Source: a virus (taxonomy: Duplodnaviria > Caudoviricetes). Taken from it: a stretch of DNA of 26,808 nucleotides. A program made the position numbers and the translations under genes. Shown here in pieces: positions 22,604 through 26,808 of the stretch. How positions within the stretch are numbered: the stretch's first letter is position 1; the number at the start of each line of letters is the position of its first letter. Location of the stretch: positions 1 through 26,808 of IMG/VR virus record IMGVR_UViG_3300020043_003701; one strand, written 5' to 3'. The notes beneath the pieces are model-generated. The model was given only the letters and a program-made list of their open reading frames with translations, was not told the origin of the DNA and made no database searches.

Positions 22604-24949
22604 TTATCGACTCGCTGGTAATGAACGCTGTGCCGATTGATTCACAGCCCAAATGGTTGATTTGTTCTTTGCTAAGAATTGAATGCCAGATTGAGTGTCA
22701 ATCGCGCTCATGTTGGCAATGTATGGGCCGTTGTAGACAACTTGGGGCTGATTGTTTGACATGGCTCCAAGCATTTTATTTGGCATGATTGTGCCAGCGC
22801 CTTGAGGAACAAACAATTCTGGGCCTTGTTCACCAACGTAAAAAGGCTGTCCAGCATCAGCAGAAGCGCCGTTTGCGGCGAGTATTGGAGGCGCAATAAT
22901 TGATGGGCTAACTGGAGCGCCTGTTGTTACGGTTGCGCTTGAGCCTCCACCAAAGAAATTGAATCCTTTAAACATCGCCATCATCTGCGCTCTCATTGCA
23001 ATCGAAATGAGGTCTTGAATGATGCTGCGAGTTAAATCTTTAAATGACAATTTGCCATTACGAACGAAGTTGTCAATGGCACTTCCCATGTTGTTAAACA
23101 CAGATTGATTCATGTCTTGAAGCATTTTTAAGTCGGCGGCTTGATTGATTACAGCTTCACGCGCCTTTTGAATTTGCTCCAAACGTGCAATCTCAGTGGC
23201 TCTCCCTTTAGGGTCTGCCTCCAACTTTTTGTTGGCTTCTATTTCTGCAATCTGTTGCTCTGTCTTTAAACGAGACAAGGCAATTTGCAAATCCGCATCA
23301 GAAGCAAGCAAGTTTTGCTTATAAACATCAAGACGTTGACGTTCCATTTCGATGGAATTTTGCTCTGCATCAGCTTTCTTTGTGTAGTTCAAAAGCTCAT
23401 CGCGAGTAATGTTTGATTGCTGTAATGCTAACTCTGCTTTTTTACGCTCTGTTTCTGCAATTGATGCGGCTTTTAATTGACCAGCAATTTGAGGATTGGC
23501 TGCAATCTTCTTTTGCAATTCTTGAGCTGCAATGGCATCTTCCATTGTTTTCTTCAAGTTCAATTGAGAAATCTCATCCAAGCCTTTGGCCGCAATTGCA
23601 TACTTTGTTTTTTGTTCGTCTTCTGCAATTTTTGCTGTCAAGTCAATTACTTGTTGACCATACTTTTGCTGGAAAGCAATAGCGGCAGCATCCTTTTCCG
23701 CTTGAACAGAAGTAGATGACATTGACTTTTCATCAGCTTCTATCTGAGCTTTGATTCTGTCTCTTTTTGCAATCAGAGCATCATATTCAGATGTCTTTCC
23801 ATTACGAAAGGCAACGCCTTTCATGGTTCGTTCAATTTGCGCCTCAAGAGAAGCAAGCTCTTTTGCGGGGTCTTCTCTGCCAAGACCTTTTAAGAAATCC
23901 CAAAACTTGCCAACTTCTCCAGTAAGACCTTTCCACAAACGCTGGAGATAGCCCAACTTGGTTGCTTGAGAATCAAGTTTGTCAGTCAGTGCATTAGCGG
24001 TAAACGCAATAGCTTCCTGAGTTTTGCCTTGCTTGTTGAGTGCCTCAATATATTTATATTGCTCAAGTGTCAAGAAATGGAATCTGTTGTTCAATCGTTT
24101 TGCGGATTCAGCAGAACCATCAAACGATTGAATCAAGACTTCCGCCGTCTTTGCTGCGCTCTCGCCAGACAAAGAAGCAACTTTTTGAATTGCGCCGCCA
24201 ACTGCAAACAAAGACTTCTCAGTGAATTGACCAGAGCTTACAAGCTGCTGCATCAAATCTCTTGAATCTCCAATTGCTGAGTTGTACTTGTTGCTCAAAG
24301 ATTCAGAAAGAGCATTGAATTTTGTAATGCCAATACCAGCAAAATCACCAGTCAATGCCATTGAGTTTCTGAATTTGTTGGATTCTTCTTCGCCCTTCAT
24401 AAAGGCAAATGAAACAGCTCCAATTGAAGCAGCCAATGCGGTAAACGCAGCCATTGTTGGTGTAACCGCCGAAGCAATACCTCTGAACAAAGCTCCAAAC
24501 CCGCCAAATTGGTCGCGCAACTGACCACCTTGTTGCAGCAAAACCATCATTGGGTTCTGACCGCCAGCCAAGCTGGTAATAATGTCAGTTGTTTGATAAC
24601 CCAAAGCGGCTTTTTGTTGAGCAGTCATGCTCTTTTGAGCTGAGTTTGCAACTGCATCAAATGCCTTTGCTCTATCCATCAGCATCTTTTTGGTTACTTG
24701 GTCAGCTTGTGCAAACTTGCCCACATCAAATTGCATCTGCAATTTTTCAACAGCAGTCAAAGTCTTGCCGTAAGAACGAGTGGCTTCCTCAAGGTCAAGA
24801 ATAGCTTTGGCCGCTTGAACCGTATCTCGCTTGGCTTCATTAGAAAAGTTCTTAAACCGCTTGTTTAAGTCATCAAGGTCAGACTTGAGTTCACCAGAAT
24901 CAAGCGCAAGGACGAATCCTAGCCTAGCAAGGTTTTGATTGGAAGCCAT
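22604..24949 (-). CDS. Tail tape measure protein (lambda-family), 781 aa
   Basis: YQTTDIITSLAGGQNPMMVLLQQGGQLRD motif, Ala/Gln/Lys-rich helices, VGEQGPELFVP C-terminal motif. Confidence 0.95.
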   Translation of the reverse strand: MASNQNLARLGFVLALDSGELKSDLDDLNKRFKNFSNEAKRDTVQAAKAILDLEEATRSYGKTLTAVEKLQMQFDVGKFAQADQVTKKMLMDRAKAFDAVANSAQKSMTAQQKAALGYQTTDIITSLAGGQNPMMVLLQQGGQLRDQFGGFGALFRGIASAVTPTMAAFTALAASIGAVSFAFMKGEEESNKFRNSMALTGDFAGIGITKFNALSESLSNKYNSAIGDSRDLMQQLVSSGQFTEKSLFAVGGAIQKVASLSGESAAKTAEVLIQSFDGSAESAKRLNNRFHFLTLEQYKYIEALNKQGKTQEAIAFTANALTDKLDSQATKLGYLQRLWKGLTGEVGKFWDFLKGLGREDPAKELASLEAQIERTMKGVAFRNGKTSEYDALIAKRDRIKAQIEADEKSMSSTSVQAEKDAAAIAFQQKYGQQVIDLTAKIAEDEQKTKYAIAAKGLDEISQLNLKKTMEDAIAAQELQKKIAANPQIAGQLKAASIAETERKKAELALQQSNITRDELLNYTKKADAEQNSIEMERQRLDVYKQNLLASDADLQIALSRLKTEQQIAEIEANKKLEADPKGRATEIARLEQIQKAREAVINQAADLKMLQDMNQSVFNNMGSAIDNFVRNGKLSFKDLTRSIIQDLISIAMRAQMMAMFKGFNFFGGGSSATVTTGAPVSPSIIAPPILAANGASADAGQPFYVGEQGPELFVPQGAGTIMPNKMLGAMSNNQPQVVYNGPYIANMSAIDTQSGIQFLAKNKSTIWAVNQSAQRSLPASR

Positions 24950-25431
24950 TATTTAGCCCTTTGTTTCGACAGCTTTTTGATGTACGCAGGAATCCTCTCG
25001 GACAATTCTGCTTTCAGGACATTTTCGCAGTTTTTGTAATTCCTCTCCAGCGTTATACGCAAAAAAGGATGAGCTGGCGTATGAGCGTTTCCAAACTCCT
25101 GAGAAAGCGAGACAGCACTCTTTTTGACAGAAAGAATACCAATTACAGCATCAGATTCCTCAACAAAATACGATTGCCTATCCTTATCGTTTGGAATCCT
25201 TGAATCAACACGAACCGTGTTTCTGAGGTGAATGCCGCTTTTATTGGTTTTCTCATCGTATGGGGCGCGAGAAGCAACTTCCTCTTTCAATGTGTTCAGA
25301 GTCTTTGTTGTCGCCATTGTCAGGATTTTTTTAAATCCATTAAATTCGTTTTCAGACTGAACATCTTTAGCCAACGTCAAAAGTTGGTCGTTCAGGGCTT
25401 CAAATCCCTCAGTTTTAAAGATTAGAGGCAT
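24949..25431 (-). CDS. HK97 gp10-like tail component
   Basis: GFEAL-x-x-x-L, RAP-x-D, HLRN, QEFG-x-x-x-x-PAHPFLR. Confidence 0.8.
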   Translation of the reverse strand: MPLIFKTEGFEALNDQLLTLAKDVQSENEFNGFKKILTMATTKTLNTLKEEVASRAPYDEKTNKSGIHLRNTVRVDSRIPNDKDRQSYFVEESDAVIGILSVKKSAVSLSQEFGNAHTPAHPFLRITLERNYKNCENVLKAELSERIPAYIKKLSKQRAK

Positions 25432-25789
25432 TTGCAAACCCTTCACGCAAAGATTGTGGAGCTTTTGGAGCAGAAGCCATAAACGCTTTTAGAGAGTTAT
25501 TGACTTGCTCTGCTTGCTGCTCCTCCGTCAACGGAGGAATGATGTATTCATGCGTAGAAGGCAGGACTTGGCTCATTGAGAAAGGCTGTACGCCTTGCCT
25601 GAGCTTTGCATTGAGGTTGCCAGTGGTCAAGGTACTCAAGGCCAATAAAACAGCCTTGTTACCTATGATTCCGTCACTGAACATAATCTCAATGTTCTGC
25701 ATTTCATTCGATGGTATGTTGTCGGGACAACCACCATGCGCCCAAACGTAAGCTCGGGCCTGCTGACGGTTATCCCTTATGAGTTTTTT
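25415..25789 (-). CDS. Tail assembly chaperone, T segment (C-terminal part of G-T frameshift fusion)
   Basis: -1 frame is open from the slippery site (KLIRDNRQQARAYVWAHGG...) into the track ORF MQNIEIMF. Confidence 0.8.
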   Translation of the reverse strand, partial: KKLIRDNRQQARAYVWAHGGCPDNIPSNEMQNIEIMFSDGIIGNKAVLLALSTLTTGNLNAKLRQGVQPFSMSQVLPSTHEYIIPPLTEEQQAEQVNNSLKAFMASAPKAPQSLREGFANASNL

Positions 25790-26247
25790 CGACTGTCCTT
25801 GTAGCCCGGCTGGATTGCATCATTGATTCGGTCAACAATTTCCATCTGAACTGACAAAGGCCATTCGGCTTCAATTTCCTCATAGGTGATGTCATCCAAA
25901 GACCCATTCACAGGAATCAGCAAACGGATGTACTCCACCACTCGGCTTTCCATCATTAGAACAGCTTTTGCTAATTCTTTGGTGGATTTTCCTTCAATGA
26001 TGACATCGGTTTCTGTAATCTCCACGCCAGATGGGGGAGCATCACGAAGCTCTTTGGTCATGTCGTCAAACTTTGCCTGCAATTTGTCAGGGTCAATCTT
26101 TGCGACTCGCTCTTGCAAAGCGTTCATTTCAGCAGTCAATGGGACGCGAACCTTAAATTCGTGGCCTCCAATGCTGAAAGTCTTTGTTCGGATTTGCGCG
26201 ACTGCGCTTTCATACTTCTTGCCGAAGGCAGATGCGAGTTTGCTCAT
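25777..26247 (-). CDS. Tail assembly chaperone (gpG-like), 156 aa
   Basis: Position between tube and tape measure; ends in slippery RKN sequence. Confidence 0.85.
   Translation of the reverse strand: MSKLASAFGKKYESAVAQIRTKTFSIGGHEFKVRVPLTAEMNALQERVAKIDPDKLQAKFDDMTKELRDAPPSGVEITETDVIIEGKSTKELAKAVLMMESRVVEYIRLLIPVNGSLDDITYEEIEAEWPLSVQMEIVDRINDAIQPGYKDSRKNS
25783..25789 (-). other. Programmed -1 ribosomal frameshift site A AAA AAC
   Basis: X-XXY-YYZ heptamer in correct codon phase, one sense codon before the chaperone stop. Confidence 0.85.
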
Positions 26248-26255
26248 TTCGAGTC

Positions 26256-26483
26256 CTATCGTGTGGTTTTGATAATCTTGTGGAAGATGGCTTCATTCAA
26301 GTCCAATGCGTATTGCACTGCTTGGTCTGGAGTCATTTTGTCGGCGTGATGACGAGCAATGTCATGCGCCAAGGCAACCGCCGTTAGACGTTGCTGAGTA
26401 AACCCAAACCAGTCCTTGCGAGACTCGGCTTGGGTTACTAGAAAGTTCAGAAGGTCACTATTGTCTTTTACTGTAACTGTCAT
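26256..26483 (-). CDS. Hypothetical protein, 75 aa
   Basis: Fills gap between tube and chaperone, same strand. Confidence 0.75.
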   Translation of the reverse strand: MTVTVKDNSDLLNFLVTQAESRKDWFGFTQQRLTAVALAHDIARHHADKMTPDQAVQYALDLNEAIFHKIIKTTR

Positions 26484-26494
26484 GTGATGTCGTA

Positions 26495-26808
26495 TTAGGC
26501 GTTGTTAGACCAACCGTAGCTGTTGCCACCAACAGGATGGATTGTGAAGTTGAACTTGCCTTCGGCAGATGGGGACATATCCCAAGACATACCGCCAATC
26601 ATGCCGTTGAAAGCGTAGGCAACAGTGTCAGTGCCATCATACACAGCAACAACGTAAGTGCGAACGATTGTGCCGTTGTAGCCGTCATCACGAATCAACA
26701 ACTGAGCAGTGTCAGCAGGGTTCCATGCAGCGGTAACAGCCAAAGATGTCACTTGGTTTTGAGTGGTGATTTTTGCACCAGTACGAGCGCCAGCCACAGA
26801 GTAAGCAG
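26495..26808 (-). CDS. Major tail tube protein (5'-truncated)
   Basis: Frame open to window end; beta-rich WNPAD...YAFNG...FNFTIHP; position upstream of chaperones. Confidence 0.8.
   Translation of the reverse strand, partial: AYSVAGARTGAKITTQNQVTSLAVTAAWNPADTAQLLIRDDGYNGTIVRTYVVAVYDGTDTVAYAFNGMIGGMSWDMSPSAEGKFNFTIHPVGGNSYGWSNNA

Larger units (their letters stand above)
1..26808. mobile_element. Segment of a tailed bacteriophage genome (long non-contractile tail, lambdoid/HK97-like organisation)
   Basis: Contiguous tail, lysis, recombination, cro, replication and nin-like modules; no host housekeeping genes, integrase or att site seen. Confidence 0.97.

Noticed and set aside
13000-26400. 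Numerous plus-strand ORFs of 60-130 aa within the late region
   Set aside because: Antisense shadows of well-supported structural and lysis genes

Overview
The whole window is part of a tailed-phage (siphovirus-type, lambda/HK97-like gene order) genome; the gene families suggest a freshwater phage of a betaproteobacterial host (inference). From the right end, on the minus strand: major tail tube (partial), tail chaperone G/GT with a -1 frameshift, HK97-gp10-like protein, tape measure, distal tail/hub, a GNAT-like gene, central tail fibre (J-like), receptor-binding fibre, then a lysis cassette (membrane proteins, 3-TM holin, GH24 lysozyme). 9134-12996 is a plus-strand early/recombination operon (NGO0469/SSB-like, Gp157, many small ORFs, a secreted Cys-rich micropeptide, a candidate structured RNA). 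A divergent control region at about 9010-9130 drives a minus-strand operon: cro-like, MazG-like, DUF1376/YdaU replication initiator with internal ori, RusA, NinB, mosaic nin-type ORFs, an HNH-like nuclease and a ferritin/Dps-like gene. No CI repressor or integrase is in view. The most striking feature is nt 1 to about 2750, an island with a different sequence vocabulary (CAG/CTG and GAC/GTC strongly depleted; GCAAG and GTGGCGG over-used). It holds ten tiny coupled genes joined by a near-identical junction motif, a terminator, and a 600-bp non-coding block (GC-rich repeats, IHF site, inverted repeat, A-tracts, cos-like G-run) that looks like a genome end or first-injected segment. By manual reading GATC and CCWGG are absent from the whole window. 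All counts are by hand and family names come from motif recognition, not database searches.
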